A stretch of 63,167 nt of DNA, counting the filler, from Choristocarpus tenellus KU-1152 (Eukaryota; Protista; Phaeophyceae), in the NCBI GenBank assembly GCA_964200185.2. It is 10 parts of 10 records of this genome, joined end to end, with 100 filler letters (N's around TTAATTAATTAA, not from the genome) between each part and the next. Parts side by side here need not be neighbours in the genome. Positions count along the whole stretch, not along the records: positions 12,665 to 15,184 come from CAXNAD020027122.1; positions 15,285 to 22,057 come from CAXNAD020007382.1; positions 22,158 to 25,500 come from CAXNAD020020676.1; 7 more parts are not named here. One strand, 5' to 3'. The position numbers and the translations under genes were made by a program. The notes beneath the pieces were generated by a model. It searched no databases. It had not been told where the DNA came from and saw nothing but the letters and a program-made list of their open reading frames with translations. Below are positions 12,565-25,500 of the stretch, in pieces; position 1 is the first letter of the stretch; every line of letters begins with the position of its first letter.

Positions 12565-14305
12565 NNNNNNNNNNNNNNNNNNNNNNNNNNNNNNNNNNNN
12601 NNNNNNNNTTAATTAATTAANNNNNNNNNNNNNNNNNNNNNNNNNNNNNNNNNNNNNNNNNNNNTCCCGGGCCATCCTCCATTTTGAGGATCCCCTGTTA
12701 AATGCGTACATGAAATTTTCTGAGTTTTGTCTAAAACTTTCAAATAACACAGAAATCAACCCTCTAAAGTCAAACTTGTAACTTTAACACAAATATAGGA
12801 GAATTGGAAACGATGGGAAAACTGACTTGTAGTGCAAAACGACCAAAAAATGGGTACCTCTCATTCACTTTTGGGTCTTTGTTAATAACGATTCACAAGT
12901 GGGACCTTGGGCCATTTCCAGCAAAATATCTTAAAGCTGTAATCGATGAACATGCCGATCAAGTTATGAAAAATATAGGCCTAGAAATAGAAAAAAATAC
13001 CAAATCAATTGTTCTGACAATACCCCTCTGCTTGCGGCGGGGTTGTTTATTAACCACCAAAGTTAATAATTTGAACAAAGTGCTTAATATTACTATAGGT
13101 TATGATTCAAGGCCAAATGGGATGCAAATAATCTTTTATTTTGCTACAATTATACTTACATTCGGTATGATGAAATTTAGATCGCGAGTTTCTAAAGATG
13201 CTTAAATTTATTACAGAATTTGGTCCCACTCCCGGCGACACACAATTAGGTGTAAAATTTCTTGGCGTGAGGAATTAATTGAACACAAAAGTTGCAACGG
13301 ATCTCCTTAGTCATTAAGGAACAAGTCCATTTGGTGTCAAATGCGCACATATATTACAGAGGGCGCCGTTCACTGCCTGCATTTTTGCGCCTCGACACCA
13401 AGAGAACAACTCTAATGATTAAAACCACCATATTTCATCCAACCTACACCTTCCTATTAATGCTCCACAGCTGATGATAACAGAAAAATGAATCGATTAT
13501 TTACTGGAGAACAAAGTAAAACATATTTTGTTGAAAGTAAAACATTCCAAACATCGAAAAATGAAATAAAGATGACTCGCAACACAGACAACATCGGAAG
13601 GAACCAGAAATCCACTGCGCTTTCTGATGGTGGCAGCAATCAATGCCACTCTTAACAATACCTCATTATCATCTTAACTCATCAACAGGGGGTTGTTTCT
13701 GTGCATTATTTTTCTCAATAAAAACGAATGGCTGTTTACATCCTCAACTATCAGGACGAGCAAGGACAAGAGAACATACACATACATACATTGTACTGAT
13801 AGTGGACCACTGCGTTACATACACCCATGCACATCCTACTACTATGATTATATTATCCTCTTCCATTCCTCCCGCTCACTGCTGCTGCTTTATTAAACAC
13901 ACAACATGCTCAACTCTTTTACAATATTGAAGTAACAAAATCAAGGACTCCGATCACGTCCTTCTCACAAATGCAACATCTTCCTTGGCGCCCCACCCCT
14001 TCCTCTCCTTGTTCATCCTGCCTACGAAGTACTCCCAGTCCCCAAGTGTATGTACACAGAGGCACCACAAACCTCTTAGAACTCTCTTCAAATTGGTGCC
14101 CACAACACACAACAGATGAGGAGGGGTATGTGCATTGTTTGGTGTGAAATACTGCTACAGGGAGAGGCTGGTTGAAGGGGAGAAGGGGGCATGTCCAACA
14201 CAGCCCTGAAACCCTCCCCCATCCTTCAAAGCAAGCTAGAGTCCCCCCCAGCATCAGCAGTCCCCGTCCTCCTCCTCCACCCTCCTCTTCTCTTGAGTTC
14301 AGCAC

Positions 14306-14850
14306 ATGCTATACAAGACACACTTACTTGGAGGGACTCTCTGCTGTGTTGTACTGTTTCCTTGTACAGTGACATCCTTGACACCAACAACAGTACATCC
14401 TCACAGTGACTACGCAATAGGAGGATACATCAACACACTGATAGGTGAACTATCACGTCATTTCTGTTTGGGATTAACTTGGGGGGTTGCGCAGAGTCCG
14501 AGAGCAGTTTAGGAAGTCACACACAAGTATGGCATGTCTCAGGTACCGGCGAAACCAAGTCCATTCCAATAGCAAGTGCTGTTTTAATAGTAGGAAAAGT
14601 TCAACGGAATCCTCCCCACTTCCCAAGCAAGCGTATCATGCAACTGAGACCCTGCCCTTCCACCACCTATAGCAGCCATTGCAGAAACCTGTTGAGGCTG
14701 CAGCCACTAGAGCAAAATTCAGGGGTGAATGCTCGGAACCTCCCCTACATTCTGAGGGTATCTGCCCACAGATAAACCCTGCCAACACCTTCCTTTTCAG
14801 AGTACTCATCTAAATCATACGCCCTCACCTACCGCCTACCAACTACAGGG
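14306..14850 (+). mobile_element. Probable LTR-retrotransposon integrase remnant
   Basis: TPTTVHPHSDYAIGGYINTLIGELSRH...TW resembles the integrase TT.YHPQSDG..ER.N.TL...LRH motif; heavily decayed. Confidence 0.4.
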
Positions 14851-15147
14851 ATCGCTGATAATAATAATACCCCATAGGATGGATGTGCACCAGGAAGGTA
14901 GTAATGATTCCTTATCGTTGTTAATCCATTTCACACCAACCTCATAGCATTGCATACAGACTTACTATCCTTTCTCCACCTCTCAGAATGATCCAAACAA
15001 CCACTCACACAACAAAAAACATCAACGATCAAAATGTAACAAGACCAAAGGTTCCCTCTTCGAAGGATATTGGAGCAGTAGCTTCAGGTACTTCCCACTC
15101 AGGAGAGCAAAGTCAACCCCCCTCCTCCTACACGCACTCCATGCCCC

Positions 15148-15180
<33 letters not shown>

Positions 15181-15284
15181 ACACNNNNNNNNNNNNNNNN
15201 NNNNNNNNNNNNNNNNNNNNNNNNNNNNTTAATTAATTAANNNNNNNNNNNNNNNNNNNNNNNNNNNNNNNNNNNNNNNNNNNN

Positions 15285-15451
15285 GGGGGATGGAAGCAGG
15301 TCTATACCAGGGTGTCCATTCGGCCCTTGACCAGGGAAAGTGCACTTACATTATCCATCCGACGCATGCAACCAAATCAACCAAAAATCGTGGCATGTAA
15401 AAATGGGGACCGAATGGACAGCCACCATCACCACCCCAGATACTTTGAGCC
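15285..15451 (-). mobile_element. Family B MITE, near-complete, one end lost in linker
   Basis: ggtctataccagggtgtccattcgg...gaatggacagccacc...ccccagatactttgagcc. Confidence 0.82.
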
Positions 15452-16259
15452 TTTTGAACAATTACAGACTCAGTCTGGCGTGGTCAACTGTTGTTCTTGT
15501 ATTCTCTGCCTTGCATACTGTCCCCTCCATGAAAATACCTCCAAAATGTTAGTTGGCATAAACCAAGATGCTATTTATAGTATACTGACCTTTGCCTCAT
15601 CATCTTGTTTCGACAACAACTGTGTGTCGTTTTTTTTTAATCGATGGTATGATGTTGACAATCACGCCACCTGAGACTTTTCTTCAAAACCATGGACTTC
15701 TTGTCAACCAACAAAGAACTTTACCTTGGTATCTTTCACTTTCTGCTTGGTTCTGGAGTGGGAATGCTGTCAAACAGAAACGGAAAGGTTTCAGACGACG
15801 CAGTCTAAACTTTTAAGACACCTTCTGAAAAGAAAAATTACGCAAGAAGAAAAGGGCATCTATGTGAAATAGTTCATTCTATTTGCAAGGCGATTGGTTT
15901 CTGACTCAAGATAAACGAGAGGTACCCAGAGTTGTATCTGAAGGATAAATATGTACAAAATTCAGCTTTTAACTACAAATTTGTGCAGGGTATTTTCTGA
16001 AGTGTGTCCGAAAATTTCAAACAGAGAAAAAAACGGTCTCAAATCAAACTTAGAACTTCATCCATAGAAACACAGGTGGATTTTAAAAGATCGAAAAACA
16101 GGCTAAAAATGCAAAACGGTCAAAACATGGCTACCTCTCGTTTTCTTTGACTCTCTTGTCGTTACATATTGAGTAACTGTTGTGTAATCATATTAGCGTT
16201 CTTTTTTACAATTCTAGATGCATTGCCATCCTCTTGTTGTAACACCTAAGAAATTCCCC

Positions 16260-19200
16260 TTACACAATTTAAATGTGGCATGGCAGTCCATGATAACAAA
16301 GCAGAAGAGAAGAGTGGCCCACTTTGTCTGGTGCCTTAGCCTTGAGAAATAGTTCGCCATACATTACATTTGCTGACTGACTAAGGTAGACCATTTGTTC
16401 GTCCCAGACTCCTACTACAACCACAAAGAGGTTCTGAGTGCCCAGGGTTGGAGGTCTGGAGGCCATTTCTTAGTTGATTAGTGGACAACATACCACCCAG
16501 TTCCATTGTGAATCCAGAAAAGTTCCCACTCTTCACACAACAGGAAGATAAAGCATACGGCTGAATTGGCGTTATCTCCCTCGTACACACTCTAAACTAG
16601 CATCAGATGTCAACCCCCCACCCAGAAAGCTTCAGCAATGCTGACAACTCCTTCATGCACTTCACTCTCCACTACTTAGTAGTCACATTCTCAATCTCGC
16701 ACGCCGTGTCAGGCTCTTCATTGTTTTATACCACCCTTTGCCTTCTTGCTATCATGCAACACACACACAGGATCACGTATCTGGAAAATTGGTCAACATC
16801 ATCCTCTACGGACATGTTAGCAAATCAAATGTCCCCCTCGAGGAGGATGGGCAGGTCTTCTCGATACAAAACATTACATCTCAACTATTATCTTTGTTGA
16901 AAAGTGTTTTTCAGGTTGAACATTATTACGACCCATGTATTATACGTCAATTACTCTCTTTGCTGCACACAGATATAATTTAAAAGTCCAAGGTTTACAC
17001 TATTGTGTATCAGAGTCTCAACTCCACACCAAATTGCTCCAGCACAGTCCATGTCCTCTTCAATTTAATACTACTGCGCAACCTTAATATAAAATCTCAT
17101 AGTCAATTTCATGCTTAGACAACACCCGATGCTGCTGATGATGGAAGACATCACCGAACAGTTCACATGTTCTCACCATGTTTTCACTGCATGTACCTTT
17201 TAACTCGCAACCATACATAGGGGCAGGATATGTGAGCATGAAGAGGGACAGGACTGATGCGTAGTGTGCCCAGGCTGCACATGTATCGGGTTAGAGTGAG
17301 TGAGCACCCCCTTCAACCTGCATGAACATGCTGTGTATGCACATTGATTTTCCCTTTTGAAGTCCCAGTGGACATAGGCTGCTCCTCATTTAGGCATTCC
17401 AGTGCGGCCTCCAAAATTTGAATACACAAGTGTGGGGAGGGAAAGAGACCAGGTTATCACTATTCTTCTGTTCAGGCACACCATCTACAGCAAAGAGCAA
17501 CAGGATGGGGCACAGAAACAAGGGACAACATCTGCGGCATGGCATTACCTCACCATCAATATATTATGACATCAGAGTCACAGGATACACTATTTCTCTC
17601 CTTGAGGTCCAGCAGAATGAACAAAAACAGTTGACTTTTCCAAAAAGCACTGTACCGATAGTCATTCATGCACAGCAAGCAAATAGGGGAGGTTTAACAA
17701 TCTATCTTCACTGAAAAACTAAGCTGTACTAAAAAGGCAAAGGATACCAGTGCCAGCTCAGCCTAGCTCCTTGTGGTTGCACTTCTCACACCATACAAGA
17801 AAAGAAAACCCTTCAAATACGCATCTTTGACAACCATCAACTGAGAACAGACCTCATGGTTAGGATTAAAAACTACGATGTACACACCCCACTAATATGT
17901 CACCAACGGCATAGTGGAGGTGGGGAATTGTGGGGGTAGCCCAACACAAAGTTCTCAATATCACCACTGAGTACTCCAGAGTACACCAGCGTAGTGGTAC
18001 ATGTCTTTGCTTGGGCTCCCCACAAAGCTGACGAAAGATCTGGCTTGCACAGGATAAAGCAGTCCGGGGCATACAGTAGCACCTTGCAAACCTGTCTCTA
18101 GCAGCAACCTCCAACCCTCAATGACTTAAGAATAGAATCTGATCAAGATCGGAATTAATCCATCGATGCTATTCTTCGACCTCCACACCTAGTATCATCT
18201 ACTGGTTTATCACAGAGTCTGTACGTTTCAATCTGGAACCTACAATAATTCTAGATTTGACCCTTCACCTTAGGGCGCCACTAATGTGCTAAATGAGGGG
18301 AGGGCAGGGGGGTTGTAGTGTAACAGGTAATTGATGTGCACTCGGAAGTTCTTTCCTTCGTGAGGCCCCGTAGGCCTGCACAGGGATGATATTTTTCTAT
18401 ATTTTTCACCTCTTCCTCCTCCAGGCCACAGTCTTTCCCTAGCGATGCCCACAGCCAGTTCAGACCAAGCTTGATAGCATCCTTAGCATCACTGTCCGCA
18501 CCCCCTTTCTTCAAGAGAACTCGGCCAAGGTCCAATTGTATCAGGGCAATATCCCAAACCTAGCAACCAGTTTTTTAAGCATGTGTTCAAAGGAGACTCA
18601 AAATACTTTATCCCTATACAAGGCAAACAGAAGAAAAAGTAATGAGGGTACAATGCCAAGAGTAGAGAGTTGGTTTCCTCCACATCATCCACTTTGAAAA
18701 ATGCGACAAGTAGTATCATCAGTTACATAAAAAAACACACACACAGACACTTACATGTGACCAGTTTAGGCTTCAATTCGCATCCAAGAGCCAGAACAAC
18801 ATCATGCCGTTACTCGCACTGAGCATAGAGCCACGACTGATTCTTGTCCAAGTCAAAAACTAAGCTTGCCTCAACACAATCCGCACAAATCGGGTTCTCA
18901 AGAAGAAAATCTGATGCATGAGTGAAAGTATCTTAGAGGGTACGAGTTTTTCCCTGTTTGTCCATTTGGGGCTTGGCTTCCCATGGGTTTTTTAGTACAT
19001 TTTCCTACTCAAATGTAAAATGTTTCGGAGTAGGTAAAATGTATACGTTATGAAAAGGTGTATCCAGAAGAAGGATATTGACACTTCCTAACAAACACGA
19101 TAATAGTCAAAATTATGTCGAAATTGCAACATTGGATTTTGGCTCCCAAGTGGACGCGACTCTACCTTCTAAGATACTTTGGCTCGCACCTCACTTGTAA

Positions 19201-19940
19201 CCCTCAGAGGGAAAGGTCTTCCAAAAGGATGCATTTAACAAAATATAATGGCTCAAAAAAATAATAGTTTGAGTACAACCATACAATTTGCTGGTCAAAA
19301 ACTTGAAATGCATGCTAAATAGTAAAATCGTGAAGATATTATTTTTGGAAATGCCAAGCTGGTAAAAGAAAAGGCAACCTTGAACAGAGCACGACACATG
19401 GAGGAATCTACTCATGTTGGAGGTGGAAGATGGTGGATGGGGAACACATACCTCTGCTGCCCCAAACATGGTGACCATGGCCTGGAGCCAGTGCCGAAGG
19501 AAACCCTCAGCCCTGCTCCACCTTTGTGTTGCTATGGCCGCATAACTGGCATACCTAACAAAAGGAGGCACCAGAAATGAGGTGCTATATGCTCTCAAAG
19601 TAGTATCATACATACTCTCTGAAACATTGATGAATTAATTTAAGTTCAGTTCACGCCAGCAAAAACAGAATGTATGAATAGCATACCTTGTACCCGTTGC
19701 CAGTACCTCACCCTCCAGAGCGTATATAACAACGAATAATCTTCATCTTTGTCTGGGGGGACTATCCCACTCGGTGGTCACAGCCACTACATACACAATG
19801 CAATTGTTATTAATACTAACGGATATAACGAACTGTTGCATTACCCCTAATTGTCTTGCCTACATTCGTGTAGCTTCCTCAAATCTTGCTGTCCTGACCT
19901 GACCCCCCTCGGCATCACTCGGCAATGAAGCCTTGCCACA
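16260..19940 (-). pseudogene. Decayed multi-exon gene of unknown family
   Basis: Several protein-like segments ending in GT donors, with internal stops; one segment is split by the MITE at 18920-19185; not identifiable. Confidence 0.3.
18920..19185 (-). mobile_element. MITE family A copy
   Basis: GAGTGAAAGTATCTTAGAGGGTA...TTCTAAGATACTTTGGCTC; flanks GCAT/GCAC. Confidence 0.9.
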
Positions 19941-20564
19941 TTATTCTTGTTTCATTTTTTTGTGGTACAACGAGAGACGTGTAATCATACAGGAGTACGA
20001 TATGTAGAGATTGCCACGTGAACTTCGGATAATCGAACCAAATTTCCACGAAAAACGTTCGGGGGTGATGGGATTCGAACTCACGAAATCCGTTTGTACA
20101 TATTTATGTGTCGAAGTACGTTAGGTGAGACAGGATTGACCGGATTCGAATCTTATTGTTTGAAGAGCCCAGATTTCTTTCTACGAAGTATGATTCCGAT
20201 GGACCAACAAAAGGAAAGATCTGGACCGTGGTGGCAAAGGTTCAATACGGACGAAGGAAATACGCCCCAGATTCGAGGGAGAAGTGGAACGACGAGTGGT
20301 GGGATGATGGAACCCAACTCCTAACAAAAAAAATCAAGGCTCAGATGGAAGCAGTACCGTTAGTTGTGGAGAAAGCAGGGTAGCAGAAATAGTGCAGTTT
20401 GCACTGCCATCTAATCATGGGTCAACAAATTAGGCAAGGTGGAGGTAGGTATTATGGTGTAGAAGTTCTATTTTTTTAAAGTGAGCAAGATAAATCAAAA
20501 TAAGTAAAAATAAAACGGGAAAAGTGTTGTCTTACATCAAGAAGAGCCAAAATAAAAATACAAC

Positions 20565-20646
20565 CGACACCGGTGAGATTCGAACTCACGCGTGCAAAGC
20601 ACACAAACTTAGCAGGCTTGCACCTTAACCCCTCGGTCACAGTGTC
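20565..20646 (-). tRNA. tRNA-Ser (anticodon GCT)
   Basis: GACACTG/CGGTGTC acceptor stem, anticodon arm CAAGC-CTGCTAA-GTTTG, long variable arm, T arm GTGAG-TTCGAAT-CTCAC, G discriminator, T-runs downstream. Confidence 0.92.
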
Positions 20647-20949
20647 ATAAACTGATGGTATAAGTAGACACGAGGGGTTTGTCAACAGGTTGTTGCACTA
20701 CATAATCCAGAAAGTACTAATTCATTTACTGATTCTATTCGTCATTTCAACTGCCGTTTCACTCTTTGACTCGGCACCCCCTCTCTGTCAAATATTGAGA
20801 TACCATAGTCCTTCCACCAGCGCAAGATAGTCCCAAAACCAGCGAATAAGGTTGAAGGTGCAAATCCCAGGTGGACTCCTCCCCAAGTCCCTACAGCTCA
20901 GGGGTGATAACAGCTACTGAAAATAATAACTAGGGCTGGTAGTACAGGA

Positions 20950-21990
20950 CGAGGAGGGCTTGAGCAAGACTACCTCCGAACAAGCTTTCTTGATTATAGC
21001 ATGGGTGAAAGAGGAGAGAGAGCGAAGGAAGAGAACAAAGCAATGTGGGAAAAATTCATAGGAAGGAAAGGAAAGGAAAGGGAAGGGGTGAAGAAGAAAT
21101 AAAAACGATCGAAGGATGGGGGAAGAAAAAGGGTGGAAGGAAGCCGAAGAAGAGATGGAAGTACTAGCGGCTCAGAGGATGCAGAAGGAGATTGATCAAG
21201 CTCAGAGGGAGGTGGGCATCAGTGTGGAGGGTAAAGAGGAGAAGAATGGAGATGGGTAGGAGAAGGAAGGAGGAATGGACAGGGGAGGAAGTAACTGAAC
21301 TTCAAAGGATCGTCGACGAAAAAGCCGAGAGCCAAAGTATCTCAGAGGGTAGAATCGAGTCCATTTGGGGGCCAAAAATCTAATGTTGCGATTTTGATGT
21401 AATTTTGGCTATCGTGTTTGTTAGGAAGTATCAATGTCCTTGTTGCGGACACACCTTTTCATAACATATACATTTTACCTACTCCGAAATATTTTGAAGA
21501 AGGAAAATGTCATTAAAAAAAACGAGGGAAGCCAAACCCCAAATGGACAAACAGGGCAAAATCGTACCCTCTAAGATAATTTCACTCCGACGTTGCTGAA
21601 GCAGTGGCAAGGCAACTTGAAAACCTGTCATCCTTTAAGATGAAGGAATACGTCCCGAAGGAAGAGATAGGAAGAAAAACGAATAAAAGGGATAACAAGC
21701 TGCTGGATAATTTTGACTGCTTTGTTGCAGCGGTGGGAAAAATATGTAGGTATGGGGAAGAGTGGACACCGGGAAGAGGAGGATGGTGAATGTGGTCGAA
21801 GAACTAGAAGGAGCGAGTTGTGAGGTAAGGACTTTTATGGGGCCAACAAGACTATGTTGTTGGAACATCCATGGATAGTTGACTTGGTATACAGAGCAGG
21901 GGGGAGGATCTCGAATGTTGGGCCAAACAGATAGTTACAGCAATAGATATTGTTGGCAACAAATTTAACGGCCCCCCACCTTCGGAGACG
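20950..21990 (+). mobile_element. Possible LINE remnant (charged ORF1-like region followed by start of an endonuclease-like domain)
   Basis: Purine-rich coiled-coil-like frame re-joins (DEKA-D-VAEAVARQ) once the MITE is removed; RLCCWNIHG resembles the APE N-terminal WN..G motif. Confidence 0.35.
21329..21587 (+). mobile_element. MITE family A copy
   Basis: GAGCCAAAGTATCTCAGAGGGTA...TACCCTCTAAGATAATTTCACTC; target duplication CGA/CGA. Confidence 0.92.
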
Positions 21991-21999
21991 TGGATACCA

Positions 22000-22057
22000 G
22001 CCTCAAAGTATCTGGGGGGGGGGTGGCGGCTGTCCATTTGGGGTCAATTTTTTCATG
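22000..22057 (+). mobile_element. Family B MITE start, truncated by linker
   Basis: gcctcaaagtatct-G-tract-tggcggctgtccatttgggg. Confidence 0.8.
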
Positions 22058-22157
22058 NNNNNNNNNNNNNNNNNNNNNNNNNNNNNNNNNNNNNNNNNNN
22101 NTTAATTAATTAANNNNNNNNNNNNNNNNNNNNNNNNNNNNNNNNNNNNNNNNNNNN

Positions 22158-22315
22158 TATGTATGTATGTATGTATATATGTGCGTACGTATGTATGTAT
22201 GTATGTATGTATGTATGTATGTATGTATGTATGTACTATGTATTATGTATGTATTATGTATGTATTATGTATGTATTATGTATGTATGTATGTATGTATG
22301 TATGTATGTATGTAT
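22158..22315. repeat. (TATG)n microsatellite, imperfect
   Basis: Direct inspection. Confidence 0.95.
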
Positions 22316-22997
22316 TTGTGAATGTATCTCCACATTGGCCTTATGTTCTTCACAACAAATATACATATTAAGCACAGGCACACATACCTAAATGGAATAT
22401 TTCTTCCTTCCATCAAGTGCTCTTGGTAGAGTAGACAATAGGACGTAGAGTCAGTGATGGATCTACCAAGAATGTGTTGTCGGTATGTTGTCTCTGACAG
22501 AGGTTTCTGTTGTGTATCTGATGTATGATATGAACTAGATATGTTAATTGATTGATGTGCAGTTAACAGTTGTCCTGATCTAGGTATACTAGTCATACTG
22601 GAGACAGGTAAGTACGTGATTTGATGTTGTTCTGATGAAATCATTGAACACAATTTTTGAGGATAAAATGTTTTGTCTTCTTGATACTATTCTGTACTAC
22701 AAGTGTGGACTATTACAGAAACAAAGGGGTGCCAGCACTACGTAACTAATAATAGTTGCTTTATATCAGTGAACACTGCTACCAGTGGGGATGGAAATGC
22801 ATTTACTTTTCTGTACAATAAAAGTAGTAATTTGTAGACCAGAATAAAACTAGGGGGAGATTCGTGATACACCTGTCAAGGGGATGGTATAGACATTTTT
22901 GTTGTACCTGTGCACAACTTGCTTGGTGACAGCAGACTAAACCTCAACCATAACTACATCCACCTGCTACTCTCAACCGATCCTATCCCAACCACTG

Positions 22998-23037
<40 letters not shown>

Positions 23038-23113
23038 CACCCACGAAAAAATAATAATGATAATATAATGGGCAAAACCCAAAAGAAACCACACAAACAC
23101 TCCTCCCACCCTG

Positions 23114-25500
23114 CTATGTAGCTCTGGGCTTGGTCGACTCCCAGAGGATTTTTCCTCTGGGTGTGACTACCCGAACAGTCTTGTCCATTGTGATTTCCAA
23201 AGTGGCCTCATTAATATCACTTGAGTGTCTGAGCTTGTCCCACAACCAACCACGATGGCGTGGACTCTTGTAATACACAGTGCCTCTGGCACACACATAG
23301 AGGCGACCCCCCTTCACCGATGCAAAGGGTATGACCTCAGCCCTGCCAGTCTCATCCTTCTTTGAAATCTCGGCCTCCCTTCTTTGGTCATATTTAGCCA
23401 ATGAGGGTGACCTCGAGCCCCTTCTCCTCCAAGGAAATGGATTTTGCACCTTGAAGCGTCGGCTTAGGTGCTCCTCCATGACAGGGGGTGGTGGAGGTAC
23501 GACGAAGGTTGCATCCCCTGAATGTGGGACTGTGGGGTCACAGCCTTGGTAGGACATGAGTCCCCCATCCTCAATAAGCCATAGTATCGTACTTGCTGAG
23601 GCGGATTCTGCCATGAGGAACTCGCCAGGTACAAGTACTCGATCTTTGGGAAATAGTCATTCTCGGCAGATGTGTACATTCTTGCCACCCTCATATGGCC
23701 ATCGGTAGGTTGCATGTGGCAATGGGGTGTCAGCCTCCAACTTCGCGGTAGGTTGCCACCACAGGATCTGTCAGTCAGAGTTTGGTGGAGGAGGGCAGTG
23801 AGAGGGGCAGAGAGAAGAGAGTTAGGATGAGAGAATGAGTCGTATGTCAGGTGGACACTGGGCCAATGCAAGTATGTAAGGGATTCAACCCTTGAAACAC
23901 CTGTTCAACCTTTTCCATTTCCCGTATTGTTTTTCCAGGTAGCATGGCGGTGTGGGGAAGAGTTGTTAGTGACTCAGGTGCAAATTCCACTTGGAATGAG
24001 ACACACCTTTGGCAGGAACTCAATTAAGTCGAGCCCTCCCGCTCTCACAGCAAATATTGCCACTGCACTGAGGGCAACACTAGAAACAATCACAAATAAA
24101 ACCCCAAGCCTCTGCAGGATTATGCTTCCATAAGGTCCTTCCCTGTTCAGTGGTACAGAATCGAGGAGAGCTTCCCTCTCACCGCCCATGGTCACAACCC
24201 GTTGATTCGCAATATTGTTGGTCGTGTCATGTCCAATGTCAGGTGTGGGTGGAGAGGAGAGCACAGGAATGCTGTTGGTGCGTGAGCCAACAACGAGGGG
24301 CGGGGTAGTGGAGGGGGTTGTGTTGTTGTCTTCCCCACTGGTGCCGTGTTCCTCGCTGCTGTTTCTGTCCTTTCCGACAGTGATTTTTTCTTCCCCACCC
24401 CCTTCACCTCCCCCCATCATCGTCATCGTTGAGACAGGTTCAGGCACCTTCTTCCGGACTATGCTCTTTACTCTTATTGCTACAGCCTGGAGACCAGAAA
24501 TTCTGGTCAGGGGATTCGGGAGGGGGCCGCACGGACGTTTGTTGTTGACTGGTGGGGGATGTACTCGAACAAACACAAACACGCCCTTTTCATGGAAGCA
24601 TGCTTTTACAGACTGTTGTAGAAGTCTAGGGAACTTGATTATAGCTTCTTGTTGAAACGCCCACGGCAATGTAAGGTCTAGTCTTGGACATGCAACCTGA
24701 CATCTAAGAGGTCTCATCGTGTCAATGCTGTTCCCTTGTTCAAAATATTACCAAGACTGACAAGTGATACTAGCATGGCAACCCTTGTCAGAAGACAATC
24801 CATATTGGAGGAGAAAGGACTATCTCATCCCATTCTGGTGAAGAGCATTGGCGTGCACAAGGAGGGTGTCGACTAAGGACTCTCACCTAGTCCTGAAGCG
24901 GAGGATGGTGGCCTGACATTTTTCCCCGTCCTCAATGGTGGATGGTGGTTCGTCAACAATGAGGGCGCTGGAGGCACTATTCCTCTCCACGAAGAAGAAG
25001 ACATTGCCGATGATCTCTTTACCGTTCCTGGCGCACGAATCAAAATATTGTTGAAGCGCCCACTTAGCCACAGCTCATCACCGCACATGGTGGACAGGCC
25101 GGAAGCTTTCCATTCCCTTGTTTTCGGGAGGGAACATATTTTTCATTTTCAGCAACACAAAAACAGAGAGCTTGGGATCTTCCCATTCTTGAGAAGGACA
25201 GATGAATTCCACACGAACAGGAGCACATTACGTGCACGCTTGGGGTTAGGGTAGAGGTGTCATCAAGTACTCTCGATGCGAATGGAATGAAATGATAATT
25301 CAACAAGGCATCGTCGATTGGTGCAGATTGAAATACGGGTACGGATGTGCTTGGAGCTGGACTGGATTCTCACGGAGATTGATTGACTGAGAAGATGTAG
25401 GCACGAATGCTCGCGCGAAGCACTATACCCCTGGAAAGATCCCACCTCATGGCGACTTCACCCTCGTCCTCATTCCCAGAGGGGGCGATGGGCAGCTGTT
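23114..25500 (-). pseudogene. Spliced gene for a single-pass membrane protein with a C-terminal bulb-lectin-like region, interrupted by three in-frame TGA codons (5'-partial)
   Basis: Phase-compatible exons 25187-24887, 24625-24007, 23767-23114; hydrophobic segment LGVLFVIVSSVALSAVAIFAV; LVPGEFL...LWLIEDGGLMSY and TLEITMDKTVRVVTPRGKILWES resemble B-lectin repeats; TGA at 25080-25075 (two) and 23659-23657. Confidence 0.55.

Noticed and set aside
20051-20085. tRNA-Sec or split tRNA supporting TGA recoding
   Set aside because: Only a T-arm/acceptor fragment; no TCA anticodon arm or matching 5' half found
22159-22391. MYVC-repeat ORFs
   Set aside because: Translations of the (TATG)n microsatellite
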